From: an uncultured Bacteriovorax sp.
GTDB lineage: Bacteria > Bdellovibrionota > UBA1018
Reading direction: 5' to 3'
Length of the DNA: 64,000 nucleotides
Assembly: GCA_964432565.1 (NCBI GenBank)
Contig: CAYSOA010000011.1
Span: 612 to 64,611 of the forward strand
Of this stretch, positions 44,534 to 54,476 are shown piece after piece. The notes under the pieces are model-generated. The model was given only the letters and a program-made list of their open reading frames with translations, made no database searches and was not told the origin of the DNA. The position numbers and the translations under genes were made by a program. The number at the start of each line of letters is the position of its first letter. Within the stretch, counting starts at the first letter, position 1.

Positions 44534-46124
44534 ACCGTTCGTCATTGCGATCTGGGTAATCCACCGTATGGTGCAGACCTCGGCTTTCCTTGCGTGTGAT
44601 TGCCGAATCGACGATCAGCTCGGCCACCGTCAGAAGGTTTCGCAGCTCGATCAGATCCCTCGTCAGCAGATGGTTCCAATAGTAGGTGTTCACTTCTTCT
44701 TTCAGCAGGGCCAGGCGCCTACGGGCACGATCGAGACGACGGTTGCTTCGAACGATGCCCACATAATTCCACATCAGGGTGCGCACTTCGAGCCAGTTGG
44801 CGGCAATGTCGATCTGTTCTTCGAGCGGGACGGCCTTGCCGGAGTCCCATTCAGGAATGGTCGTCGGGGCAGCGGGTCGGGAGCCGTGTCCTGATCCGCC
44901 CGGCATGAGCGATTCCAGATAGTTCGCCGCATGAAGAACGACTCTGTGGGCGAAAACCACGGCCTCAAGCAGGGAGTTGCTGGCCAGTCGATTGGCTCCG
45001 TGCAGTCCGGTGCAGGCCACTTCGCCGATGGCATAAAGACCGGGAAGCGTGCTCTCGCCGTGGGCATTGACCAGCACTCCGCCGCACATGTAGTGCGCCG
45101 CCGGAACGACGGGGATGGGCTCGGCTTCAATGCGAATTCCGAGGTCGGCACAGGTGCGGGAAATATTGGGAAACTTGCGGCCCGCCTCGGGAATGGCGGT
45201 GGCGTCCAGCCAGGCATGGCGATGTCCCGTTCGTTTCATCTCGGCATCAATCGCCCGAGCCACGACATCTCGAGGAGCGAGATCCCCCCGCTCGTCGTAA
45301 CGCGGCATGAAGGCCTCTCCGTCGAGATTTCTCAAAACGGCTCCCTCTCCCCTCAGGGCTTCCGAGATCAGGAAGGTGCGGGCCGAGGGATGATAGAGAC
45401 AGGTGGGATGGAACTGCATGAACTCGAGGTTGGCGACCTGCGCTCCCGCACGGTGGGCCATGGCAATACCGTCTCCCGTCGAGACATCCGGGTTTGAAGT
45501 GTAGAGGTAGACCTTCCCGGCCCCACCGGTGGCCAGCACCGTCAGATCGGCTGAAAGCGTTCGAATGCGACCCGTTTCGGTGTCGAGCGCATAGGCGCCC
45601 AGGCAGCGTCCCTGTTTTCGCCAGCGTTTGAAGGCCTTGCCCTCGGTGATCAGATCGATGGCAATCTGTCGTTCGAGAACGGTGATGCGAGGATGGCTTC
45701 GGATTTGTTCGAGAAGGGCGCGCTCGATCTCCATGCCGGTCAGATCTTCGGCGTGCAGGATTCGCCGGCGACTGTGGCCGCCCTCCCGATGCAGGTCAAA
45801 CCCATCCGTCGCTCGCCTCGTAAAACGAACGCCCCAGTCGATCAGTTCGCGTACCCGTTCCGGGCCCTCTTCGACGCAAATGCGCACGATCTCCCCACGG
45901 CAGAGTCCGGCACCTGCCGCGAGCGTGTCCCGATGATGCTCATCAAAGCTGTCCTTCTCGGACCAGACCGAGGCGATTCCTCCCTGGGCATAACGAGTCG
46001 ACCCTTCGGTGACGAGATCCTTTGCCACCAATGTCACCTGTATGTCGGGCAGTCGCTCGACCATTTTCAGGGCGCACGAAAGACCGGCAATTCCCGTTCC
46101 GAGAATCAAGACTTGAGGTACCAT
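44496..46124 (-). CDS. nadB: L-aspartate oxidase
   Basis: N-terminal FAD fold LILGTGIAGLS, plus YAQGGIA, HPTCL, and GLYAIGEVACTGLHGANRLASNSLLE. Confidence 0.95.
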   Translation of the reverse strand: MVPQVLILGTGIAGLSCALKMVERLPDIQVTLVAKDLVTEGSTRYAQGGIASVWSEKDSFDEHHRDTLAAGAGLCRGEIVRICVEEGPERVRELIDWGVRFTRRATDGFDLHREGGHSRRRILHAEDLTGMEIERALLEQIRSHPRITVLERQIAIDLITEGKAFKRWRKQGRCLGAYALDTETGRIRTLSADLTVLATGGAGKVYLYTSNPDVSTGDGIAMAHRAGAQVANLEFMQFHPTCLYHPSARTFLISEALRGEGAVLRNLDGEAFMPRYDERGDLAPRDVVARAIDAEMKRTGHRHAWLDATAIPEAGRKFPNISRTCADLGIRIEAEPIPVVPAAHYMCGGVLVNAHGESTLPGLYAIGEVACTGLHGANRLASNSLLEAVVFAHRVVLHAANYLESLMPGGSGHGSRPAAPTTIPEWDSGKAVPLEEQIDIAANWLEVRTLMWNYVGIVRSNRRLDRARRRLALLKEEVNTYYWNHLLTRDLIELRNLLTVAELIVDSAITRKESRGLHHTVDYPDRNDERFSQDTVIAGLKA

Positions 46125-46174
46125 TTAAGGGTGAGCTTATCAGTGTGCCGTGAGTCTGTCGTCGGGGAGATTTC

Positions 46175-47341
46175 ATGCTTGAGCTGCGCGCCGTTGCACG
46201 CCTGAATGCCGCCGCGCTTCGATCCAATTTGAGGCGGGTCTGCGCCTGGGCGCCCGGTCAGAGAGTTCTCGCCATGGTCAAGGCCGACGCCTATGGTCAC
46301 GGGGCCGTATGGGCGGCCGCGACTCTGTTGAAGGAATCCCGGGTCGCCGCCCTCGGGGTAGCGACGCTTGCCGAAGGCATCGAGCTGCGGGAAGGACTGG
46401 GGTCGAAAGTCGCTCGCATGCCGGTCATCGTCTTTTCAGGAGCGACGCCCTGGTCTTTAGGAGGAGCCGGACGTGAGCTGGGACCACTCTTCGAGCGCCA
46501 TCAGTTGACGGCGGTGATTTCATCCATCGAAGACTGGCGCAGTTTTCATGGCAGTTCTTCTCGAAGCTGGTCTCGACGCATTCCCTTTGAGCTGAAGTTC
46601 AATACGGGAATGAATCGTCTGGGGATCGATCTACAGCATCTGGCCGAAGTTCGGCGGGATCTGGTTGCCTTGCGTCAGCGGGGAATCGTACCTGGTGGGA
46701 TCTTTTCTCATCTGGCAGTCGGTGAGGACGCCTCCCACCCGTGTAGTCGCAGGCAGTGCGAAGGGTTCGAGGTCATCTTCAGGGAACTCTCGAGTATTCT
46801 TCCGGATTCGGTCGACTTTCATCTGGCCAACAGTGCGGCAGCGAGCGATGCGGAAGCCTGGAGGCCGGCTCGCGTCACCCGGCGCATTCGGCCGGGCCTT
46901 GCGCTCTACGGAATCGCTCCAGAAGGTTCGGCGAATAACGCGGGACTCACTCCGGTGCTGACTTTGCAGGCTCCCGTCATTCAGGTGCGGCGAGTGCGGC
47001 CCGAAGATAGCGTGGGATACGGAGCCTGGTACCGTGCTCGCCGGTCGGGCCGGGTGGCCATTCTGGGGATTGGCTACGCCGACGGAATTTTGAGGGCCTG
47101 GGGACATCGAGACTCCGGCGCCAGAGTGCGAATGGGCGGGCGTGGTCGTTCTTTCACGGGCCCCATCTCGATGGACCTTTGTGCGGTGGAGGCGGATTCC
47201 AAAACACGTTGCGGCGACTGGGCAACACTCTGGGGCGAAGGGATTGATCCTTGGAAACAGGCTACCTCGGCCGGGACGATTCCCTACGAGATTTTGACAT
47301 CCCTGTCGCGTCGGGTACAAAGAGTTTATGTCCGCAGCTGA
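46175..47341 (+). CDS. alr: alanine racemase
   Basis: AMVKADAYGHG (PLP Lys context), plus GYADG and SMDL near the C-terminus. Confidence 0.9.
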   Translation: MLELRAVARLNAAALRSNLRRVCAWAPGQRVLAMVKADAYGHGAVWAAATLLKESRVAALGVATLAEGIELREGLGSKVARMPVIVFSGATPWSLGGAGRELGPLFERHQLTAVISSIEDWRSFHGSSSRSWSRRIPFELKFNTGMNRLGIDLQHLAEVRRDLVALRQRGIVPGGIFSHLAVGEDASHPCSRRQCEGFEVIFRELSSILPDSVDFHLANSAAASDAEAWRPARVTRRIRPGLALYGIAPEGSANNAGLTPVLTLQAPVIQVRRVRPEDSVGYGAWYRARRSGRVAILGIGYADGILRAWGHRDSGARVRMGGRGRSFTGPISMDLCAVEADSKTRCGDWATLWGEGIDPWKQATSAGTIPYEILTSLSRRVQRVYVRS

Positions 47342-48107
47342 TTCGGAATCCGGCACCATCCGTTTCGTGAACGTCCACAAATCCTTTCGCGGCGGTCGTG
47401 ATGCCGTCCTCAAGGGGCTTTCAGCCGAATTTCCGAATGGAAAGCTGACCTATATTCTGGGTCCCTCGGGAGTGGGCAAGAGCGTCACTCTCAAGCACAT
47501 TCTCGGTCTGCTGAAGCCGGACTCCGGTGAGGTGTGGGTTGCCGGCCGGAACATGTCCGAGATCACCGGTCGTGAACTTGCCGAGCACCGCAAGGTTTTC
47601 GGAATGCTTTTTCAGAATTCGGCACTCTTTGACGACATGACTATTTTCGAGAATGTCGCCTTTCCGCTTCGCGAGCACACGAAGCTTTCTGAAGAGGAGA
47701 TCTTCGAGAAGGTGACGACCAGCCTCGAAGTCCTGGGAATGAAGACCGGCTTCGACAAGTATCCGAACGAACTCTCAGGCGGCATGAAGAAACGCGTGGC
47801 GCTGGCTCGGGCCATCATTCGCGAACCTCGCATTCTGCTCTATGACGAGCCCACCACGGGACTGGATCCGGTTACCCGGGTGACGGTCGATGAACTTATC
47901 GAAACGCTCAAGAGGAAGTTCGGGCTGACCTCGCTCGTCATCAGTCACGACATCCCCTCGGCGCTTCGCCTTGCCGACCAGATTGCCTTCCTGCAGGATG
48001 GCAAGTTTGCCTTTTGGGGAACTCCCGAAGAGTTCAAGAACTCGGAAAACGAGGCCATTCGAAGATTTCTGGATGCCGACCGGATGAGTTTCAAGGTGCT
48101 TCAATGA
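47328..48107 (+). CDS. ABC transporter ATP-binding protein, MlaF/Ttg2A-like
   Basis: Walker A GPSGVGKS, signature LSGGMKKRVALARA, Walker B ILLYDEPTTGLD, and MlaF-like FQNSALFDDMTIFENVAFPLREH. Confidence 0.85.
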   Translation: MSAADSESGTIRFVNVHKSFRGGRDAVLKGLSAEFPNGKLTYILGPSGVGKSVTLKHILGLLKPDSGEVWVAGRNMSEITGRELAEHRKVFGMLFQNSALFDDMTIFENVAFPLREHTKLSEEEIFEKVTTSLEVLGMKTGFDKYPNELSGGMKKRVALARAIIREPRILLYDEPTTGLDPVTRVTVDELIETLKRKFGLTSLVISHDIPSALRLADQIAFLQDGKFAFWGTPEEFKNSENEAIRRFLDADRMSFKVLQ

Positions 48108-48502
48108 CGCGCTGGATGGTTCGAACCAGCAAGAACGAGCTCGTTGGCCCATTTGAACAGGAGCAGCTGGTTGCGGACATCCGGTCGGGTCGATGGGAAC
48201 TGCGTGACGAAGTCTGCCGCGAGAACCATTACTGGTTCGCGTTTCATGAGTCTGCCGAACTGTTTGCTCAACTGGGGATCTCCTGGCCGGAGCGCATGGC
48301 ATCGAGTGACTCCGATGACGAAGAAACCGATGAGATTACCGAGACACAGACGGCGACGGCCCTGACCTCCTCGTCGCTGGCGACTCACTCCTACGGCGCT
48401 GACCTCCAGCCCCGTCCATGGTGGAATCACCCTCTTCTTTGGCTTGGCTTGCTGGGCATGGTGGTGGTGGCCCTGGTGCTTCTCTTGCTCGGACCGCTCT
48501 GA
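48104..48502 (+). CDS. GYF_2 domain protein with acidic linker and C-terminal TM helix
   Basis: ATGA overlap with the ABC ATPase stop. WMVRTSKNELVGPFEQEQLVADIRSGRWELRDEVC..NHYWF. C-terminal TM LLWLGLLGMVVVALVLLLL. Confidence 0.6.
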   Translation: MTRWMVRTSKNELVGPFEQEQLVADIRSGRWELRDEVCRENHYWFAFHESAELFAQLGISWPERMASSDSDDEETDEITETQTATALTSSSLATHSYGADLQPRPWWNHPLLWLGLLGMVVVALVLLLLGPL

Positions 48503-48798
48503 TTTCTGGGGTCGATGAAATGAAGGTCCTTCAGGATGGCCGACTCTTCGCTGACCCCCTGGTTCAGGATTTCTAAAATCTGCCTGCGACGGTGGTGGAG
48601 TTCCGAGCGCCAGATCGGGTGTCCTACCTCAACGTGCAGAACGCCGTCTTCAACTCTCACGGCGTGGGCGTGTTTGGCGATGATGGGTCCCACCGCAGCT
48701 TCCCATCTCGAGACTGCCTCGGCCTCTTTCAGTCGTTTCTGAAAGGCCTTGGGGAGTCTCCCTCCCAGCAGGATGTCCTTGAGGGTGTTGAAAGCCAC
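48427..48798 (-). CDS. DUF721 / DciA-like protein
   Basis: The pattern A...W...VG..IA.HA.AVRVEDGVLHVEV..P.W..EL.....QILE.LN is typical of DUF721. Its 3' end overlaps the convergent GYF gene by 76 nt. Confidence 0.6.
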   Translation of the reverse strand: MAFNTLKDILLGGRLPKAFQKRLKEAEAVSRWEAAVGPIIAKHAHAVRVEDGVLHVEVGHPIWRSELHHRRRQILEILNQGVSEESAILKDLHFIDPRNQSGPSKRSTRATTTMPSKPSQRRG

Positions 48799-48841
48799 AA
48801 AATGAGGCCTAGCACAGAACGAAAAAAATCTGTTATCGACA

Positions 48842-51412
48842 ATGCATATGGCATCTCAACATTCCGATAATTCAGCACAATCCCAGTCCACCGGGCGCCC
48901 CCAGGATGGTCGACATTTTGACCATGGAGCGATTGAGGCGAAGTGGCAGACCCGATGGGAGACCGAGAAGTGCTGGCAAGCGGTCAAGAATCCTGAACGA
49001 AGCAAATACTATGTGCTCGACATGTTCCCGTATCCCTCGGGCCGCCTTCATATGGGGCACGTGCGCAATTACACTTTGGGCGACGTGATCGCCCGCTTCC
49101 GGCGCAAGCAGGGCTTCAATGTGCTGCATCCCATGGGATGGGACGCCTTCGGACTTCCCGCCGAAAATGCGGCCATCAAGAACAGGGTCCACCCCGAAGA
49201 CTGGACGCTCAACAACATTCAGGGAATGAAGAAGCAGCTCAAGAAGCTGGGACTGGGCTATGACTGGGATCGCGAACTCACGACCTGTCTGCCGGAGTAC
49301 TATCGCTGGGAACAGCTGATCTTCACCCAGATGCTGGAAAAGGGCCTGGCCTACAAGAAGGCCTCCACCGTCAATTGGTGTCCAAGCTGTACGACCGTGC
49401 TTGCCAATGAGCAGGTCGAGGACGGCAAATGCTGGCGCTGCGAATCGCTGACGACCACCCGCGAGCTGGAACAGTGGTTTTTGCGAACGACCCAGTATGC
49501 CGAGGAGCTTCTCGAAGGGCTCGATCATCTACCGGGATGGCCTGAGCGCGTTCGACTGATGCAAAAGCACTGGATCGGACGCAGCGATGGCGCCGAGATC
49601 ACGTTTCAGACCGAGTTCGGCGAGTCCATTCAGGTCTTCACCACCCGCCCGGATACCCTTTTCGGAGTCACCTACCTTGCCCTGGCTCCGGAACACCCGC
49701 TGACGCTGAAGGCGTGCGAAGGACGTCCCGAGGAGGCCGCGGTTCGAGAGTTCATCGACCGCTGCCGACGTCAGGACAAGGTGCAGCGGACCGCGGAAGA
49801 CGCTCCCAAGGAGGGCGTCTTTACCGGGGCTCACGTCCTGCATCCGCTGACCGGTGCGCGGATTCCCTTGTACATTGCCAACTTCGTGTTGCTGGACTAC
49901 GGCACGGGCGCCCTCATGGCGGTTCCGGCTCACGATACTCGCGATCATGCGTTCGCCAAGAAGTACGGCATCGAAATTCGGCAGGTGATTCTCCCTACGA
50001 AGGAGGGCGCTCCATCCATCGACGAGGCCGCCTACGTCGAGCCCGGAGTCCTGACCTCCAGTGGGGCCTTCGACGGGTTGGAGTCGGAGAAGGCCAAGTG
50101 GGCGATCACTGACGAACTTGAAAAGCGGGGCGCCGGAAAACGCAGCGTGCAGTTCCGCCTTAGAGACTGGGGTCTGTCGCGACAGCGTTACTGGGGCGCT
50201 CCCATTCCAGTGATCTATTGTGAGGACTGTGGAGCAGTTCCGGTTCCCGCAGAGGATCTGCCGGTGGTTCTTCCCAAGGACATTGCCTTTTCGGGGGAGG
50301 GCGGATCGCCCTTGGCGCGTCACCCTGACTTTCTGAGGACGACCTGCCCGAAGTGTGGAGATGATTCGGCGAGAAGAGAGACCGACACCATGGACACGTT
50401 CATGGAGTCGAGCTGGTATTACCTGAGGTACCTCTCTCCAAAGGATGACACGCAGCCCTTCTCAAAAGAAGAGGCCCGGTACTGGCTGGGCGTCGACCAG
50501 TATATCGGCGGGGTCGAGCACGCGACCATGCACCTGCTTTATTTCCGATTCTTTCACAAGGTGCTGCGGGATCTGGGCTATTTGCCCGAGGGGCTTGATC
50601 CCCAGGATCGTGATGAGCCGGTTCGCAAACTGCTCAACCAGGGAATCGTGTACAAGGACGGCGCGAAAATGAGCAAGAGCAAGGGCAATGTCGTGGAGCC
50701 CGATGCCCTGATCGACAAATATGGCGCCGATACGGCTCGACTCTTTTCGATGTTTGCCGCCCCTCCCGAGAAGGTTCTCGAGTGGATGGATCAGGGGGTG
50801 GAAGGTTCCTGGCGTTTTCTGTCGCGCGTCTGGCGCATGGTAGACAATCATGAGTCGATCATGCGCGGCGTGTCCCCGTTCTCAGGACCGCAGACGGCGC
50901 TTCGAACGGCGGCTGCCAAGAAGCTGCGAGCGAAGGCCCACTTCACTCTTCAGAAGGTGCTCCAGGATTTTGAGCATGGCTACCACTTCAATACGGCGAT
51001 CGCCGCCATCATGGAGCTGGTCAACGAGATCTACCAGTACCCGGTGGACCTCGGCGTAGAAGAGTCCCGAACGGTGCTACGAGAGGCGATCGAGATGACC
51101 GTTCGGCTGCTGAATCCCTTTGCGCCGCACATCACTGAGGAACTCTGGGAGCGACTGGGCGGCACCACCATGCTTCTTGCTGAACCGTTTCCGGAGCTGG
51201 ATGAGACGGCGCTGGTCAAGGACGTGTTGAAGATCGTCATCCAGGTGAATGGCAAGCTTCGTGGAGAGGTGGAGGTCGGAGCAGGCCTTTCAAAAGAGGA
51301 GATTCTTTCCGCTGCCGCCGCCGAACCCCGAATTGTTCCGCATCTCGAGGGACGGGAAGTGCTGAAGAGCATTTTCGTTCCCGGCAAGCTTGTGAACTTC
51401 GTGGTGAAGTGA
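48842..51412 (+). CDS. leuS: leucyl-tRNA synthetase
   Basis: HMGH (HIGH-type) motif in PYPSGRLHMGHVRNY, and KMSKS. Confidence 0.97.
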   Translation: MHMASQHSDNSAQSQSTGRPQDGRHFDHGAIEAKWQTRWETEKCWQAVKNPERSKYYVLDMFPYPSGRLHMGHVRNYTLGDVIARFRRKQGFNVLHPMGWDAFGLPAENAAIKNRVHPEDWTLNNIQGMKKQLKKLGLGYDWDRELTTCLPEYYRWEQLIFTQMLEKGLAYKKASTVNWCPSCTTVLANEQVEDGKCWRCESLTTTRELEQWFLRTTQYAEELLEGLDHLPGWPERVRLMQKHWIGRSDGAEITFQTEFGESIQVFTTRPDTLFGVTYLALAPEHPLTLKACEGRPEEAAVREFIDRCRRQDKVQRTAEDAPKEGVFTGAHVLHPLTGARIPLYIANFVLLDYGTGALMAVPAHDTRDHAFAKKYGIEIRQVILPTKEGAPSIDEAAYVEPGVLTSSGAFDGLESEKAKWAITDELEKRGAGKRSVQFRLRDWGLSRQRYWGAPIPVIYCEDCGAVPVPAEDLPVVLPKDIAFSGEGGSPLARHPDFLRTTCPKCGDDSARRETDTMDTFMESSWYYLRYLSPKDDTQPFSKEEARYWLGVDQYIGGVEHATMHLLYFRFFHKVLRDLGYLPEGLDPQDRDEPVRKLLNQGIVYKDGAKMSKSKGNVVEPDALIDKYGADTARLFSMFAAPPEKVLEWMDQGVEGSWRFLSRVWRMVDNHESIMRGVSPFSGPQTALRTAAAKKLRAKAHFTLQKVLQDFEHGYHFNTAIAAIMELVNEIYQYPVDLGVEESRTVLREAIEMTVRLLNPFAPHITEELWERLGGTTMLLAEPFPELDETALVKDVLKIVIQVNGKLRGEVEVGAGLSKEEILSAAAAEPRIVPHLEGREVLKSIFVPGKLVNFVVK

Positions 51413-51419
51413 GGCCCGG

Positions 51420-52025
51420 ATGCGCTTGAAACGAGTCATGACGGGAGGACTCCTGCTGGTACTGCTCGGGGGAGCGGCCTGCGGTTATGCCCTGCGAAGC
51501 TCGAAAACGCCGTCTCGATTGCAGGCGAAGGGGATCCACCGAATCTATGTCCATCCGATCGAGAACGCGACACTGAGAGCCGGTGTCGAGAATACGGTGT
51601 TCAATGCACTGGTGCGTGCCATCAGCACTGCCCCGGGGATTCGCACGGTGCCGAGTATCGAACTTGCGGATGCCGAGCTGTTCGGTTCGGTGGGAAGTGT
51701 GGAGCGCTCCGTCACCAGCCAGATCAAGGCCACGGATCTCAACCCCAAGGGATTGGGGTCTCCCAATATTCTCGTGGCCACCGAGTACCAGGCGACGCTG
51801 TCCTGTGAGTTTCGGCTCAAGTCCCGCCCGAGGACGGGGGCTGCCTCCGAGCAGATCTGGAGCGGAGCCTTCTCGCGGGCTCGACCTTTTCCGGGAAACA
51901 ACCAGCTTTGGACGCTGGGGAGCACCTCCGCTCTGATCAACGAAAGTGAGTTTGATCGCACGATCGGCGACGTGGCCGAGCAGATGTCCGTGGATGTCCT
52001 GCAGTCGCTGCTTGAGGAGATCTGA
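51420..52025 (+). CDS. lptE: LPS-assembly lipoprotein LptE-like
   Basis: Lipobox LLGGAAC-GYALR, and the conserved leuS-lptE-holA order. Confidence 0.7.
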   Translation: MRLKRVMTGGLLLVLLGGAACGYALRSSKTPSRLQAKGIHRIYVHPIENATLRAGVENTVFNALVRAISTAPGIRTVPSIELADAELFGSVGSVERSVTSQIKATDLNPKGLGSPNILVATEYQATLSCEFRLKSRPRTGAASEQIWSGAFSRARPFPGNNQLWTLGSTSALINESEFDRTIGDVAEQMSVDVLQSLLEEI

Positions 52026-52990
52026 TGAAGCTGAACCCGGGACAGATGCAGCAGGAGCTGAAGCAGCAGAAATTCTGGCCGCTCTACTGGATCTACGGAC
52101 CTGAGCGCTATCTCTCGCGTGAACTGGTGAAGTCCCTCAGGAATCAGGTGGTGGGCGGCAATAGCTGGGCCGAAGAGCGACTCGATGGGGCCGTGACTTC
52201 GGCCTCAGAAGTGGTTGCTGCCGCGCAAAGTATTCCCTTTGGCGGTGGAACGCGGTTTCTGGTCGTGCGGGATGCTCACCTCATTCGTGAGCCGGAGCTG
52301 TTTCAGGAGCTTCTGGGGCCCCGGGCCGCGCTTGCCGATCTGCCGTTCGTTTGTGTTTTCGTAGCGAAGGATCTTGACGGACGACGGAAATTCTCCAAGG
52401 TCCTGGTCGAGCAGGCCGCGGTGGTCGCCTGTGATCCCATTCCCGAGCTCGAACGTGAGCAGTGGATTCATCGGCTGGCAGTGGGTTTGGAGATCGAGCC
52501 CTCAGGGATTCCGGTCGAGTTTTTTGCGCGTTCCGAGCCCTGGAGTCTGGAGTGGGTCGAGTCAGAGCTCTTGAAATGGAAGACGGCCGAGGAGGCGGAG
52601 CCCGGCCTGGGGGCTGAGATTCTGGTGGGAGGTCCGGCGGCCGGTGTTTCCTCAGACCGATTCATGGAAGCGTTCCTTGAGCAGCGAAGTCTTCTCGGTA
52701 CCCTGCCGTGGGTGGAGAAACTCGGACGTCGTCCCGAGGATGCGCTTCCTCTTCTGGGGCTGCTGACCTGGAACGTCCGGATGCTCGGACTTCTGGCGGC
52801 GAGGTCGCGTTCGGTGCGCGTGGCTCCCTTCATCGAGGGGAAGCTCCGACGAGCGCTGCGATCCTGGACCCTTGAGGAGTTGAAGGAGCTTCAGGCAGAG
52901 CTCGCCACGCTCGATCACTCCATCAAGCAAACGCCCCAGGAGCCACTGGCTCTCTGGGGCGTTTTGGTTCAACGTTTCTGCCGAAAGTGA
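52025..52990 (+). CDS. holA: DNA polymerase III subunit delta
   Basis: PLYWIYGPERYL in the N-terminal region, its position after lptE, and a TGATG overlap. Confidence 0.8.
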   Translation: MKLNPGQMQQELKQQKFWPLYWIYGPERYLSRELVKSLRNQVVGGNSWAEERLDGAVTSASEVVAAAQSIPFGGGTRFLVVRDAHLIREPELFQELLGPRAALADLPFVCVFVAKDLDGRRKFSKVLVEQAAVVACDPIPELEREQWIHRLAVGLEIEPSGIPVEFFARSEPWSLEWVESELLKWKTAEEAEPGLGAEILVGGPAAGVSSDRFMEAFLEQRSLLGTLPWVEKLGRRPEDALPLLGLLTWNVRMLGLLAARSRSVRVAPFIEGKLRRALRSWTLEELKELQAELATLDHSIKQTPQEPLALWGVLVQRFCRK

Positions 52991-53287
52991 TTACTTCTTC
53001 GAGCTGCCGGTGGTCAGCGCCGCCGGAAGATTTTTCTTCAGGAAGTGGGTCAGGCGGCTGATCTTGCGCGACGCGCGGCCAGCCGGAATGGCGCCCTTGG
53101 ATGCGGCCTTGCTCAGAGCCTTGATGGCCTTGCTGTAGGCTTCCTTCACCTGTGCGGCGTCCTTCGCCTTCATCAGATCGAGCACCTGTTTGACGGTCGT
53201 TCGGGTGCTGCTGCGAATCATGGTGTTGCGGGCCTGGCGCTTCTTGGCCTGACCGGCGCGTTTCGTTGACTTTCTTGTATTTGCCAT
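52991..53287 (-). CDS. rpsT: 30S ribosomal protein S20
   Basis: MANTRKSTKRAGQAKKRQARN... in a basic 98-aa protein. Its stop abuts the holA stop with no spacer. Confidence 0.93.
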   Translation of the reverse strand: MANTRKSTKRAGQAKKRQARNTMIRSSTRTTVKQVLDLMKAKDAAQVKEAYSKAIKALSKAASKGAIPAGRASRKISRLTHFLKKNLPAALTTGSSKK

Positions 53288-53387
53288 TTTTGAGACTCCT
53301 TGAATCACCGGCGGTTTAGACCCCGGTTCGCTCAGTCGGATATCCGAAAATCATTGGCTTTTCAAGCGGGCTCGGTACGGGAGGGGG

Positions 53388-54065
53388 TCAGGTCTCGAGC
53401 GAAAAGGGGGTGAAGGCGGTCTTTCGGTCGAAATAATCCTCGTTTTCGGCCTTCTTCAGGAACTGAACGATTCGGTAGGTCAAGGGAGTGTTGACCACCT
53501 CCCAGAGTACCTTCATCAGATAGTTGGCAAAGAGCACCTGGAGGATCGTGCCATTATCCCAGAGCCCGTAAAAGGCCAGCGGGTAGAAGATCAGGGAGTC
53601 GGCCAGTTCGCCCACGACTGTCGAGCCGATGGTTCGGCTCCAGAGATGACGTCCGTCCGTCCAGACCTTCATTTTTGCCAGCGTGTAGGAGTTGCAGAAC
53701 TCCCCGCAGAAAAAAGCGATGAGCGACGCCAGTGCGATGCGTGGCGTGCCTCCGAGAATGGCCTCGAGTGCGGCCTGATGAGGGTAGCTGGTAGCGGCGG
53801 GAAGGCTGACGACCACGGAGGCCATGAGCGAGGCAAAGGCCATCGCCCCAAAGCCCGCCCAGACCACCTTGCGGGCCCTGGCATACCCGTAGACCTCGGT
53901 GAGAATGTCTCCAAAGATGTAGCTGATCGGAAAAAAGAAAACGCCCGCACCGAAGGTAAAGCCCTGGATCGTGGTGACCTTCGAGGCCCCGATCAGGTTG
54001 GAGCAGAGCAGAACGGTCACGAAGGCTGCCATCACCAGATCGTAGTACTTGTAGGTGCGTTTCAT
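53388..54065 (-). CDS. yhhQ: queuosine-precursor transporter (YhhQ/VUT family)
   Basis: YYDLVMAAFVTVLLCSNLIGASKV, FFPISYIFGDILTEVYGY, and six TM helices. Confidence 0.85.
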   Translation of the reverse strand: MKRTYKYYDLVMAAFVTVLLCSNLIGASKVTTIQGFTFGAGVFFFPISYIFGDILTEVYGYARARKVVWAGFGAMAFASLMASVVVSLPAATSYPHQAALEAILGGTPRIALASLIAFFCGEFCNSYTLAKMKVWTDGRHLWSRTIGSTVVGELADSLIFYPLAFYGLWDNGTILQVLFANYLMKVLWEVVNTPLTYRIVQFLKKAENEDYFDRKTAFTPFSLET

Positions 54066-54074
54066 CGTGCAGAC

Positions 54075-54476
54075 ATGGTATCTGGGGGTGTGCCCCTGCT
54101 CAATTGGAAATCCGAACAGTTTCGGCTTACTGGCGAAATCAAGGAGGCTTCACCGCGAGTCGAGGTCGAACTTGAGGAGTCCTGCTGGCAGGAGGTCGAG
54201 TCCTGGATCCGTGCGGGCACTCAGGGTGAGCTGCATCTGGAGCTGGGAGAGTCCCTCGGAATCTTCTTGAAGGTTCTGCCTCAGGCCCGCGAAGTCCGGC
54301 TGCTTCTGGCCCGCCCTGAACCCGAAAGAAGGGTGGCTACGGTGGTGCTCGGTCCGTTCAGTGTCGTCGATCTGGTTGCGTCATTGGAGCGCCGGTTTGT
54401 GGAGTTTCATCGGCTCGGGCGCTTGCACTTTCTTTCAAATTTGGAAATGGTTTGGAAAAATAAGGAGAGAGTATGA
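54075..54476 (+). CDS. hypothetical protein (133 aa)
   Basis: This is the in-frame ATG at 54075 within the track ORF 53646-54476; everything upstream of it is antisense to yhhQ. Its stop forms an ATGA overlap with the next small ORF. Composition is protein-like, but I recognise no family. Confidence 0.4.
   Translation: MVSGGVPLLNWKSEQFRLTGEIKEASPRVEVELEESCWQEVESWIRAGTQGELHLELGESLGIFLKVLPQAREVRLLLARPEPERRVATVVLGPFSVVDLVASLERRFVEFHRLGRLHFLSNLEMVWKNKERV

Noticed and set aside
53335-53346. The palindrome TCGGATATCCGA between yhhQ and rpsT.
   Set aside because: It allows only a 4-5 bp stem with a tiny loop. The adjacent T-run is on the wrong side for a terminator of the minus-strand transcript.
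54066-54140. A possible preQ1 riboswitch in the yhhQ leader, since YhhQ-type transporters are often preQ1-regulated.
   Set aside because: Reading the minus strand, I find a GGGG-CACAC-CCCC hairpin and a CCGAA-ACTG-TTCGG hairpin. I do not find the preQ1-I/II hallmarks, in particular an A-rich tail after a short stem with the conserved loop. The leader before the divergent ORF is also only a few nt long. A covariance-model scan (Rfam RF00522, RF01054, RF02680) would settle it.
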